Of a stretch of 40,173 nt of DNA, positions 27,183 to 35,857 are shown in pieces. Position numbers and translations under genes: made by a program. Below the pieces are notes generated by a model, which worked only from the letters and a program-made list of their open reading frames with translations, had not been told where the DNA came from and did not search any database. Numbering within the stretch: the stretch's first letter is position 1; every line of letters begins with the position of its first letter. This DNA is from Bacillota bacterium (GTDB lineage: Bacteria; Bacillota; Dethiobacteria; DTU022), in NCBI GenBank assembly GCA_012510625.1, contig JAAZHP010000087.1:1-40173 (forward strand). Direction: 5' to 3'.

Positions 27183-27837
27183 CTGCAGCCAGTCTCCCCT
27201 TGTCCAGGAGAATAACCCGCTTTTTCAGGAGCTTGACCATTTCGTGATTGTGCGTCGCCACGAGAACGGTGGTGCCGCGAATATTGAAGGAGCGTAGAAT
27301 ATTCATGATTTCATAGGAGTTTTCAGGATCGAGATTGCCGGTGGGCTCATCGGCAATGATCATTGCCGGGCGGTTGATGATGGCCCGCGCCAGGCCGATG
27401 CGCTGCTGCTCGCCCCCTGAAAGGTCGCATACCTTGGCGTTGGCTTTATCAGGCAGCCCCACCAGCTCCAGGACGTAAGGAACCCGGCGCCTGATTTCCC
27501 GGCTTGAAGCACCGGTTACCTGCATGGCAAAAGCAATATTATCAAAAGCGGTGCGATCTTCGAGGAGGCGAAAATCCTGAAAAACCATCCCGATATTGCG
27601 GCGGAGGTAGGGGACCCGGTAGCGGGGCATCCGGGCCAGATCGTGACCGAATACTTTCAAGGTTCCCTTGACCGGGACTATCTCCCGGATAATCAATTTA
27701 AATAATGTCGATTTCCCCGCGCCGCTTGCTCCGATGATAAAGACAAATTCGCCGCGATCAATCTTAAAGTTCAGATCATTCAGGACATAGTCGCCGTTCT
27801 TCTCGTAGCAATAATAAAGCCCCTCGGCTTCTATCAT
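27148..27837 (-). CDS. ftsE: Cell division ATP-binding protein FtsE
   Basis: 229 aa ABC ATPase with [17 protein letters not shown] and [11 protein letters not shown] motifs. Confidence 0.93.
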   Translation of the reverse strand: MIEAEGLYYCYEKNGDYVLNDLNFKIDRGEFVFIIGASGAGKSTLFKLIIREIVPVKGTLKVFGHDLARMPRYRVPYLRRNIGMVFQDFRLLEDRTAFDNIAFAMQVTGASSREIRRRVPYVLELVGLPDKANAKVCDLSGGEQQRIGLARAIINRPAMIIADEPTGNLDPENSYEIMNILRSFNIRGTTVLVATHNHEMVKLLKKRVILLDKGRLAADEAKGVSAGAL

Positions 27838-28070
27838 TTTAAAATCTTCCTCTGGCTTAACATAAACTTAACATTTTCAAACATTATTCGACACGAGAAG
27901 GCTTATTCCTGCTATAGCCTTTAAGAAATATTAAGTTTTTCCAGGAAAATTATGGCTGGGCAGAGCTTCTTTGTGAAATATGAGGTATGGTAGAGGAAAG
28001 CAGTACTTAATGGCAAATTTATCCGGATTTAGTCATTTCCAAGGAGCTGATTTCAAGCCCCGTTTGACCC

Positions 28071-28943
28071 TTAGCGACGGTTCTCAATTTCCCTGAAACC
28101 TTCACCGTGCACTTCACCGGCATTGCCGATGATAACAAAGGCCGCCGGATCATGTTCATAAACCAGCTCTTTTAACTGGGTTACCTGGGGCCTGGTAACA
28201 ACGCAAAGCAATATTTCCTTCTCTTCGCCGGTATAGCCGCCCCGCCCGGCCAATCTGGTAACACCCCGGTCCAAATCATGGAGCAGCCGGCGGTTGATCT
28301 CTTCACCTTTAACGGTAATGATGATAACGGCTTTCGCCGTGCCAAATCCCTCCTGCACCAGGTCAACCACCCATGTGCTGACAAAGAGCGAGAGCACAGC
28401 ATACATGGCCGCCTCGCCCCCGAAAACAAAAACGGCCAGCCCGATCACTGCCAGATCGCTTCCCAAAAGCCCCTGCCCGGCAGTCAAACCCGTTATCCGG
28501 TTCAGGATCAGCGAAAAGAGGGCTGTCCCCCCAGTGGAGCCGCGGCAGCGAAATACCAGGCCCAAACCCAGGCCCATGATCACTCCGCCGTAAACCGCCG
28601 CCAGCAGTGGATCTTGAGTTGCCGCCGGCAGGTATGGAGCCGTAGCCTCAATGGCCAGGGAAAAAAAGAAGGTTCCCAGCAGGCTGCGGATGACCACGGC
28701 CGGACCCAAAATGAACCAGGCGGCAATAAAAAGAGGCAGGTTCAACGCCGCCACGGTTAAACCTGCCGGTATGCCAAATAAGTGAAAAAAAATAACTCCC
28801 AGGCCGCTGATGCCCCCGGCAGCAAGGCGATGGGGAATTAAAAATAGATTCATCCCCGCCGCCATAATCAGCGAACCCAAAAGAATGCCCAGCGAAGGAG
28901 CTGCCTTATTTATTAAGAAACTGAAAATCCGATTTTTACTCAT
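28071..28943 (-). CDS. YitT-family membrane protein (DUF161 TM region plus C-terminal DUF2179)
   Basis: 290 aa with five hydrophobic helices and a soluble C-terminal domain. Its position after prfB matches B. subtilis yvjA. The start overlaps the prfB stop by 8 nt. Confidence 0.75.
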   Translation of the reverse strand: MSKNRIFSFLINKAAPSLGILLGSLIMAAGMNLFLIPHRLAAGGISGLGVIFFHLFGIPAGLTVAALNLPLFIAAWFILGPAVVIRSLLGTFFFSLAIEATAPYLPAATQDPLLAAVYGGVIMGLGLGLVFRCRGSTGGTALFSLILNRITGLTAGQGLLGSDLAVIGLAVFVFGGEAAMYAVLSLFVSTWVVDLVQEGFGTAKAVIIITVKGEEINRRLLHDLDRGVTRLAGRGGYTGEEKEILLCVVTRPQVTQLKELVYEHDPAAFVIIGNAGEVHGEGFREIENRR

Positions 28944-30085
28944 TTGCAGTCTTCCGTTCCAGGGAGTTTACGTTTTCATTGCGTTGCTTCAACTGCCAGC
29001 GCAGAAAAGCTTCAATAAAGGGATCCAGCGCCCCATCCATTACCGCATCAACCTGTCCGCTCTCCACACCGGTACGGTGATCTTTAACCAGGGTAAAAGG
29101 ATGGAAGACATAGGTGCGAATCTGGCTGCCCCAGGCGATCTCTTTCTGGAAGCCGCGCAGGGCGGAGAGCTCCGCCGCCTGCTCGCGGCGCTGTATCTCT
29201 GCCAGGCGGGCTTGCAGGATGCGCAGGGCTTGCTGCCGGTTGCTATGCTGGGAACGGTTGTTCTGGCAGGTGACCACCAGGCCGGTGGGCAGGTGCGTTA
29301 TGCGCACCGCCGAATCGGTTTTGTTGACATGCTGCCCTCCGGCGCCGCTGGAGCGAAAAGTATCGATGCGCAGCTCATCGGGATTAATCTCGTATTCCCC
29401 TTCCTCCAGTTCAGGAATGACATCGACGGAGGCAAATGAGGTATGGCGCCGCCTGGAAGCATCGAAGGGAGATATCCGGATGAGCCGGTGAACTCCTTTC
29501 TCGGCCTGCAGGTAGCCGTAAGCGCCGTGCCCGCGTACAATAAGCGTCGCGCTCTTCAGGCCGGCCTCGTCTCCCGGGAGGAGGTCGACCAGTTCCACCT
29601 CCCAGCCCTTCTGATCGGCCCAGCGGGTATACATCCGCAGCAGCATTTCAGCCCAGTCCTGTGATTCCAGTCCGCCGGCCCCCGGGTGGATGGAGAGAAT
29701 AGCGTCATTAAAATCATATTCGCCGCCAAAAAGTGTCTCCAGCTCAAGTCTTTCCAGAAGCCGGGCGCTCTCTTCCAGCCCGGCGCCTGCTTCCCGGAGC
29801 GCCTCCTGGCCGTCTGCGGGATCTTCACTGGCCAGCTCCAGCAGCACCTCAATCTCTTCCAGTCGCGCTTCCAGATCCTGCAGCGGGCGCAGTTGCTCGC
29901 GCAAAGCGCCCAACTCTTTCATGAACTCCTGGGCCCGCGCGCCCTCTTTCCAGAGAGCGGGATCGGATGCCTTCTGCTCGGCTTCCTTTAAAAGGGCTGC
30001 CTTGCGGGCATACTCAAAGCGAAGCCCCCATTTCCTGAAAGCGCTTCCGCTGCCGGGCCAGCGCTTCGCTATATTCTTTCAGCAT
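28936..30085 (-). CDS. prfB: Peptide chain release factor 2, made by a programmed +1 frameshift
   Basis: Frame 0 runs from ATG 30085: MLKEYSEALARQRKRFQEMGASL, then in-frame TGA at 30016-30014. The +1 frame continues EYARKAALLKEAEQKASDPALWKEGARAQEFMKELGAL... into ORF-track 28936..29922, which carries the SPF (RISPFDAS) and GGQ (SGAGGQHVNKT) motifs. Confidence 0.92.
30014..30031 (-). promoter_or_regulatory. RF2 recoding site (CUU UGA G with an upstream SD-like GGGGG)
   Basis: Minus strand reads AUG GGG GCU UCG CUU UGA G. CTT is at 30019-30017 and TGA at 30016-30014. This is the classic autoregulatory slippery site. Confidence 0.85.
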
Positions 30086-30161
30086 TAAACCTCACCTTTC
30101 TTTTCCTAGATTTTTTAACACTCTGCTCTTTAGACCAATCTGCGTCCGGGCTCAGGCAGGA

Positions 30162-33152
30162 TCAGGCGCCGCAGCACTTTTTATACTTTTTACCGCTGCC
30201 GCAGGGGCATGGCGCGTTTCTGCCGATCTTTTCCCCCGCCGTAACGGGCTGACGCTTCGCAGGGGCGGTTCCGGCGGGTGAGGCTTCGCCTCTCCCGGCT
30301 CTTACGCCGCTTCCCTGAGCGCTCTCCTGCAACCGCGGGCGGATCGCGGCGGCCGGGCCGTAAGCGGCGCGGCGGCGAGGGGGCGCGGCCACGCGGGCCA
30401 TATAAATTCCGCGGACAACCTCCTCCTGAATTGTCCGGATCATCCCCTCAAACATCTCGAAACTCTCCAGGCGGTATTCCACAAGGGGGTCTCTCTGCCC
30501 GTAAGCCCGCAAATTAATCTCCTGGCGCAGCTGGTGCATCTCGTCAATATAATACATCCAATGCCGGTCCACCGTGCGCAGCAGGATTACCCGTTCCAGT
30601 TCGCGCATAATCCCGGCACCGAGTTCCTTTTCGCGGTACTCGTAAAAAGCGCGGGCTTCATCGAGAAGAAGCCGCTTTACCTCCTCCCGCCCCAGTTCCA
30701 GGACCATGGGTACGGTTATCTTGCCCTTGCGCAAAAAGGAATTTTCACCCGCCTGCAGCAGGGCACGGGCTGCCGGTTCTTCGAGAAAGTCCTGCTCCTG
30801 GAAATAGGTGTCCAGTTCGCGCGAGATTACCTCCTCTACCATGTCCAGGATGGCCTGGCGCATATCCATGCCCTCCAGGACCTGCCTGCGCTGTCCATAG
30901 ATCACCTCGCGCTGCTTGTTGAGAACATCGTCATACTCAAGCAGGTGGCGGCGTATTTCAAAGTTGCGCGATTCCACCCTTTTCTGGGCTTGCTCGATGG
31001 CCCTGCTTACCAGGGGATGTTCAATGGGGACATCCTCTTCAAAGCCGAAGCGCTCCATCAGGGAAGCAATATTGTCCGCGCCGAAAAGGCGCATGAGGTC
31101 GTCTTCCAGTGAGACTACAAACTGCGATGAACCGGGGTCCCCCTGCCGGCCGGAGCGGCCGCGCAGCTGATTGTCAATGCGCCTGCTTTCATGGCGCTCG
31201 GTGCCGAGCACGTGCAGGCCGCCCAGGGCAATAACCTCCTTGCGCTCCTGCTCCACCAGGCGGTTGGCTTCCGCCATCAAAACCCGCCGCCTTTTTTCCC
31301 ATTCTTGCTGCCGCTCCGGGTCAAGCTCATGCTCCTTCGCCCCAAACTCTTTCTCCAGCCGCTGCTTGACCTGGAATTCCGGGTTTCCCCCGAGAATGAT
31401 ATCGGTGCCCCGGCCGGCCATGTTGGTCGAAATGGTAACCGCTCCTTTACGCCCGGCCTGGGCAATGATCTGCGCTTCGCGGGAATGGTTCACCGCATTA
31501 AGCACCTCGTGAGGAATTCCCCGCCGCTTGAGCATCCGGCTGAGCATCTCCGACTTCTCCACGGAAATGGTCCCTACCAGGACCGGCTGCCCCAGGGCGT
31601 GGCGCCGCTCGATCTCATCCACGGCTGCCTGGAACTTGGACCGTTCGCTCTTGTAGACAAGGTCAGGCAACTCCTCCCGGATGAGCGGCCGGTTGGTGGG
31701 AATGACCACCACATCCATACCGTAGATTTTACGGAATTCTTCCTCTTCTGTAGCAGCCGTGCCGGTCATCCCGGCCACTTTCTCGTACATCCGGAAATAG
31801 TTCTGAAAAGTAATAGAAGCGACGGTGCGGGTGTCGGCCTGCACCTCTACTTTCTCCTTGGCCTCGATGGCCTGATGCAGCCCTTCGGAGTAGCGCCGTC
31901 CCCACATGAGGCGGCCGGTGAACTCGTCCACGATAACCACCTTGCCGTCCTGCACCACGTAATCCACATCTTTTTCATAGAGAGAGTATGCTTTCAGCAA
32001 CTGGTGAATGCAGTGCAACTGCTCGCCGGCGCCGCTTTCATCTTCTTCGCCCATGCTCTCTGACGCGGCAGCTTCCGGGGCCGCCTCGAAGCCGAGGAGC
32101 CGGGCCATTTCCGGGTTGCCCCGAACCAGCTCCCGGTAGCCCTGCTGGGAGATGGTAACGGCCCGCGTAATCTCGTCGATGGTAAAGTAAAGCTGTTCGT
32201 CAAACTGGGCCATCTTTTTCTCGGTCATCAGGATCTGCTTGATCCGCTCCACCAGCTTCTCCATGCCCCGCTCCTTGATCAACTTGAGCAGATTTTTATT
32301 TCTTGGAGCGCCGCGGCGGACCAGCAGCAGTTTTTCGGCGGCATCCTCTTTGTCTCCCTGCTCCAGCAGTTCCCGGGCCTCTTTCAACAGCTCAGCAACC
32401 AGCCGGTTCTGTTTCCGCAGCAGCTGCTCTACATCGCCGCGGAAGCGGTTGTATTCCTGTCTTGTCTCCAGGCGGCTGCTGATAATGAGCGGTGTCCGGG
32501 CTTCGTCGATGAGGATGCTGTCCACCTCGTCAACAATGGCATAGTGGAGCTCTCTTTGAACCAGTTCCTCCTGGTAAAGAGCCATGTTGTCGCGCAGGTA
32601 GTCAAAACCGAGCTCGTTATTGGTGGCGTAGACAATATCCGCCCGGTAAGCCTGCTGCCGCTCCCTTGGGGTGAGGTCATGGACGACCAGCCCCACCGTA
32701 AGGCCGAGGAGCTTGTAGATGGGCCCCATCCATTCGCTGTCGCGGCGGGCCAGGTAGTCGTTTACCGTAACTATATGCGTCCCCTTGCCGCTCAGGCTGT
32801 TCAGGTAGGCGGGCATCGTCGCCACCAGCGTCTTCCCCTCACCGGTCTTCATCTCGGCAATGCGTCCCTGGTGCAAGACAATGCCGCCGAGGACCTGGAC
32901 ATCATAGGGGCGCATCCCCACGGTGCGCTTCGCCGCTTCCCGCACCAGGGCAAAGGCTTCCGGGAGCAGCTCTTCCAGGCTTTCACCCAGGCCCAGCCGC
33001 TCTTTCAAGCGGGCGGTCCTCTCCGGAAAATCAGCCCGGGCCAGCGCCTCCATCTGCCCCTCCAGGGCATTGACCTGTTCCACTATTTTCCACAGGCGGC
33101 GCACCTCTCTTTCGTTGGAGCCGCCAAAGATCTTCTGCAGGAGCCCGGCCAT
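30162..33152 (-). CDS. secA: Preprotein translocase ATPase SecA (long form, 996 aa)
   Basis: Contains MKTGEGKTLV, DEVDSILIDEARTPLIIS, TNMAGRGTDI and a C-terminal zinc motif (CPCGSGKKYKKCCG). I moved the start to ATG 33152 (MAGLLQKIFG...), which has GAGGTG 6 nt upstream. The ORF-track start is GTG at 33161. Confidence 0.94.
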   Translation of the reverse strand: MAGLLQKIFGGSNEREVRRLWKIVEQVNALEGQMEALARADFPERTARLKERLGLGESLEELLPEAFALVREAAKRTVGMRPYDVQVLGGIVLHQGRIAEMKTGEGKTLVATMPAYLNSLSGKGTHIVTVNDYLARRDSEWMGPIYKLLGLTVGLVVHDLTPRERQQAYRADIVYATNNELGFDYLRDNMALYQEELVQRELHYAIVDEVDSILIDEARTPLIISSRLETRQEYNRFRGDVEQLLRKQNRLVAELLKEARELLEQGDKEDAAEKLLLVRRGAPRNKNLLKLIKERGMEKLVERIKQILMTEKKMAQFDEQLYFTIDEITRAVTISQQGYRELVRGNPEMARLLGFEAAPEAAASESMGEEDESGAGEQLHCIHQLLKAYSLYEKDVDYVVQDGKVVIVDEFTGRLMWGRRYSEGLHQAIEAKEKVEVQADTRTVASITFQNYFRMYEKVAGMTGTAATEEEEFRKIYGMDVVVIPTNRPLIREELPDLVYKSERSKFQAAVDEIERRHALGQPVLVGTISVEKSEMLSRMLKRRGIPHEVLNAVNHSREAQIIAQAGRKGAVTISTNMAGRGTDIILGGNPEFQVKQRLEKEFGAKEHELDPERQQEWEKRRRVLMAEANRLVEQERKEVIALGGLHVLGTERHESRRIDNQLRGRSGRQGDPGSSQFVVSLEDDLMRLFGADNIASLMERFGFEEDVPIEHPLVSRAIEQAQKRVESRNFEIRRHLLEYDDVLNKQREVIYGQRRQVLEGMDMRQAILDMVEEVISRELDTYFQEQDFLEEPAARALLQAGENSFLRKGKITVPMVLELGREEVKRLLLDEARAFYEYREKELGAGIMRELERVILLRTVDRHWMYYIDEMHQLRQEINLRAYGQRDPLVEYRLESFEMFEGMIRTIQEEVVRGIYMARVAAPPRRRAAYGPAAAIRPRLQESAQGSGVRAGRGEASPAGTAPAKRQPVTAGEKIGRNAPCPCGSGKKYKKCCGA

Positions 33153-33188
33153 TGGGCACACCTCTTTTCTTCATTTAACAGCGATCTG

Positions 33189-33212
33189 AAAAAAGGAACC
33201 CCGCGGTTCCTT
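33189..33212 (-). terminator. Strong terminator-like hairpin 36 nt upstream of the secA ATG
   Basis: Minus RNA reads AAGGAACC-GCGG-GGUUCCUU, a perfect 8-bp stem, followed by UUUUCAG. Confidence 0.6.
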
Positions 33213-33244
33213 ATGCGCAGTCTTATTTTACCATAGGGAAGCTT

Positions 33245-33273
33245 CAAAAAACAAGCCTGCCCGCGCGAGGCTC
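33245..33273 (-). terminator. Terminator candidate after the orphan ORF
   Basis: Minus RNA reads AGCCU-CGCGCGGGC-AGGCU followed by UGUUUUUUG, starting 14 nt after the stop at 33288. Confidence 0.5.
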
Positions 33274-33287
33274 AAAAATGGAGAGAG

Positions 33288-34415
33288 TCAGCATGAATCT
33301 ACTCGCAGCGCCGGGTCAAGTTCGCAGGTAAGGGCCCAGAGGCTGCCCGAAACAAGGGAGTGGCCGCCGAGAATGACCGGGATGGGACACTGCATGGCAG
33401 TGCGGGTAAACTCTTTCAGCCAGGGGTGCTCAATATCCTCCCAGAAGCCCAGGTCCGACAGGAAGCGCTCCCTGTCGGAAAAATTATATTTGTAGTGGGC
33501 GAAAAGGACCCGGCTGTCGATAAAGGCGCAGTCCGCCACCTGCGCCAGGTAGTCAAAAAAGCGCTCCAAACCGGCATGTTCGATGAGAAATCCCAGCAGG
33601 GAGACCACTTCGCCGCTCGCCTGCCTTCCCAGTGCCTTCATTCCGCGCTCTTCAGAGAAAACCCGCAGCCGCAGCTTTAGCAGCGCATTCATCCGCTCGA
33701 TGATGGGGGCGCCGACCCGGCCGATTAGGGCCACATCCCGGTAGCTGTCCCGCAGCACATCCTTGGCCCGTTCCAGGAGCGAGTAATCAAGGGCCAGGTC
33801 ATCGAGAACGGCCCTGGCCCGCGGCCCGGCAAAGGGGCCGGCCCCGAGGACAAGCATATCCGCCGGCGTATCAAGGTCAAAGAGCAGCCCCAGGGTCTGC
33901 GGCATCAGCTCCAGCTCCATGCCGCACTGGTCGCGCAGCGTCATTGCCAGGCTGTTGTCCATCTCATCTAGAGCAGCAGCGGAAAAATTATCGGGAACGG
34001 TAAAGGCGATGATGTCTGCAGACTGGATATTATTCGCGTAAAGCAAACTTGGCCGGCCGGCCAGCTTTTCGCAAATCTGCTCCAGCTCGGCCATGGTGAT
34101 GAGGGGGCAGCCGGCCCCGCTGAGGTAGAATACTTTTTTCAGCTTTCTCTCCAGAACCAGCTTTTTCAGCTCATTGCCGAAATGAAAGCTGTCCGGATGC
34201 TGCCGGTTGAGGATCATTTCCGCCCCTGTGGAGCGGGCCATCTCTGCCAGGGCGGGATTATTCGTGATTAAGAAAACCCGCCCCACCCCCTCCAGCCGGC
34301 TTAATTTTTCCAGGTTGTCATGGAGCAGCGCCTGCCGCACCCGGACCAGCATCTTTTCAACGGGGCTGGCCGCCGCCGTTCCTTCAAAAATGACCACACT
34401 GACGCCTTCGCCCAT
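33288..34415 (-). CDS. Hypothetical protein (~375 aa) of unknown function
   Basis: Long ORF on the gene strand with balanced amino-acid composition. I prefer ATG 34415 (GAAAGG 9 nt upstream) over the ORF-track TTG at 34421. No family signature that I can name with confidence. There is weak motif-level resemblance to MobA/CofC-like nucleotidyltransferases in the N-terminal half (FYLSGAGCPLIT..., LFDLDTPADM). Confidence 0.7.
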   Translation of the reverse strand: MGEGVSVVIFEGTAAASPVEKMLVRVRQALLHDNLEKLSRLEGVGRVFLITNNPALAEMARSTGAEMILNRQHPDSFHFGNELKKLVLERKLKKVFYLSGAGCPLITMAELEQICEKLAGRPSLLYANNIQSADIIAFTVPDNFSAAALDEMDNSLAMTLRDQCGMELELMPQTLGLLFDLDTPADMLVLGAGPFAGPRARAVLDDLALDYSLLERAKDVLRDSYRDVALIGRVGAPIIERMNALLKLRLRVFSEERGMKALGRQASGEVVSLLGFLIEHAGLERFFDYLAQVADCAFIDSRVLFAHYKYNFSDRERFLSDLGFWEDIEHPWLKEFTRTAMQCPIPVILGGHSLVSGSLWALTCELDPALRVDSC

Positions 34416-34472
34416 CAGCAATAAACCTTTCTAGATCAGAGCAACTTGTTTGTTTGCATAAAGCGCTTTTTT

Positions 34473-35018
34473 TTAGGGTCCGTATTCCGGCTCTATGAGG
34501 CCGTAATCGCCGTCTTTGCGCCGGTAAAGCACATTTACCTTTTCACTTTCGGCATTGGCAAAGACAAAAAAGTCATGCCCCAGAAGATTCATCTGCATGA
34601 TCGCCTCTTCCAGGTGCATCGGCTTCAGGGGGAAACGTTTTGTCTTTACCACCCGGGCTTCTTCTTCATCCCCTTCCAGCATCGCGGGAGAGAGCAGCTT
34701 CTCGTTGATGGCGCGGATACCCTGCTGGCGCAAAGACTTGTTCAGCCGGGTCTTATACTTGACCAGCTGCTTCTCCAGCTTGTCAACAACCATATCGATA
34801 GAGGCATACATATCGCCCGTTGACTCTTCGCCGCGTAAAATCAGGCCGTTTAATATTACCGTTACTTCGACGATATGTTCCTCCCGGATTACACTCATGG
34901 CTACCTGAACTTCCCTGGGCCGGTTCAGGTACTTGGTAAGCTTCCTTACCTTTTTTTTAGCATAATCAGCCAGGGCTGCAGTAACGTCGATGTTTTTCCC
35001 GCGGACCTTGATTTCCAT
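34473..35018 (-). CDS. hpf: Ribosome hibernation promoting factor, long form (S30AE / YvyD type)
   Basis: Begins MEIKVRGKNIDVTAALADYAKKKVRKL and has a C-terminal dimerisation domain (KRFPLKPMHLEEAIMQMNLLGHDFFVFANAES). I chose the ATG at 35018 because GAAGGAGG lies 6 nt upstream. The ORF-track start at 35087 is an over-extension. Confidence 0.9.
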   Translation of the reverse strand: MEIKVRGKNIDVTAALADYAKKKVRKLTKYLNRPREVQVAMSVIREEHIVEVTVILNGLILRGEESTGDMYASIDMVVDKLEKQLVKYKTRLNKSLRQQGIRAINEKLLSPAMLEGDEEEARVVKTKRFPLKPMHLEEAIMQMNLLGHDFFVFANAESEKVNVLYRRKDGDYGLIEPEYGP

Positions 35019-35104
35019 GCGCATCCTCCTTCTCAGCCTTTTTACTATCAATACTATTCCCCAAGCCGTGGAAAAATCCTTCAGCACCGCGGGAAGAGGG
35101 TTGC

Positions 35105-35857
35105 TTAATATATCCGCGGGGTATAGGCAGCTGCCGCTCCGAAAACAATTAACCCCTCCTCAGAGAGCACCTTTGCGGCTTCCTGCATGGTTGCTCCAGT
35201 GGAGTAGATATCGTCTATCAGCAAGGCTCTCCTTCCCGGCAAAGGCCCTCCCCTGTAAGCAAAAGCGCCGTAGATATTCTCCTTCCGCCGGTGGAAAGAG
35301 AGGCTGCTCTGAGGCAGCGTCGGCTTTGGCTTTATCAGCAGGAGACGCAGGGGAATCTGCAGCGCCTGGGCTGCAAAGCGGGCCAGGAGAAAAGCCTGGT
35401 TGTAGCCGCGTTCGGCCAGCCGCTGCCTGTGCAGCGGCACCGGAACAACCAGCTCCGGTTCCCAGCAGGTCTCAATGGCAATAAGCTCTCCCAGCCAGCG
35501 CCCCAGGGGGCGGGCCAGGCTGCGTCTCTTTTCAAATTTTAACCGGTGGAGCATGCGCCGCCAGGCTCCTTCATACCAGGAGAGGGCAAAAAGCCCCCGC
35601 AACGGAAGCGCTTCTGACGGACAATCACAGGACTGCCGGAGCTGAAAGAGCAGGCCGCACCGGGGGCAAATCAAACCGGCGGGGGTAAAGAGCTGATGGC
35701 AGGAGCGGCACAGGGGGAGCCCCGGCGGCGGCGGAAGCAGCGCTTCACAGGTGAGGCAGCGGGGAGGAAAAAGGAGGCGCCAGAAAGATTCGGCCCAGTT
35801 CCAGGCCGGGGACCTTGCTTTACTCGCTCTTCCCATTTCTTCCGGCAATGTTTTCAC
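35105..35857 (-). CDS. comFC: ComF-family protein (ComFC; phosphoribosyltransferase fold with an N-terminal zinc finger)
   Basis: Contains CLTCEALL...CRSC...CPRCG cysteine pairs and a C-terminal PRTase motif (ALLIDDIYSTGATMQEA). The start is ambiguous: GTG 35857, TTG 35848 or ATG 35836. It overlaps the recD2 3' end. Confidence 0.85.
   Translation of the reverse strand: MKTLPEEMGRASKARSPAWNWAESFWRLLFPPRCLTCEALLPPPPGLPLCRSCHQLFTPAGLICPRCGLLFQLRQSCDCPSEALPLRGLFALSWYEGAWRRMLHRLKFEKRRSLARPLGRWLGELIAIETCWEPELVVPVPLHRQRLAERGYNQAFLLARFAAQALQIPLRLLLIKPKPTLPQSSLSFHRRKENIYGAFAYRGGPLPGRRALLIDDIYSTGATMQEAAKVLSEEGLIVFGAAAAYTPRIY

Noticed and set aside
35019-35104. Possible raiA-motif ncRNA, which from memory is often found between comFC and raiA/hpf in Bacillota.
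   Set aside because: The comFC-hpf spacer here is only 86 nt and mostly holds promoter and ribosome-binding-site sequence. That is too short for a roughly 200-nt structured RNA, and I cannot verify the consensus from memory.
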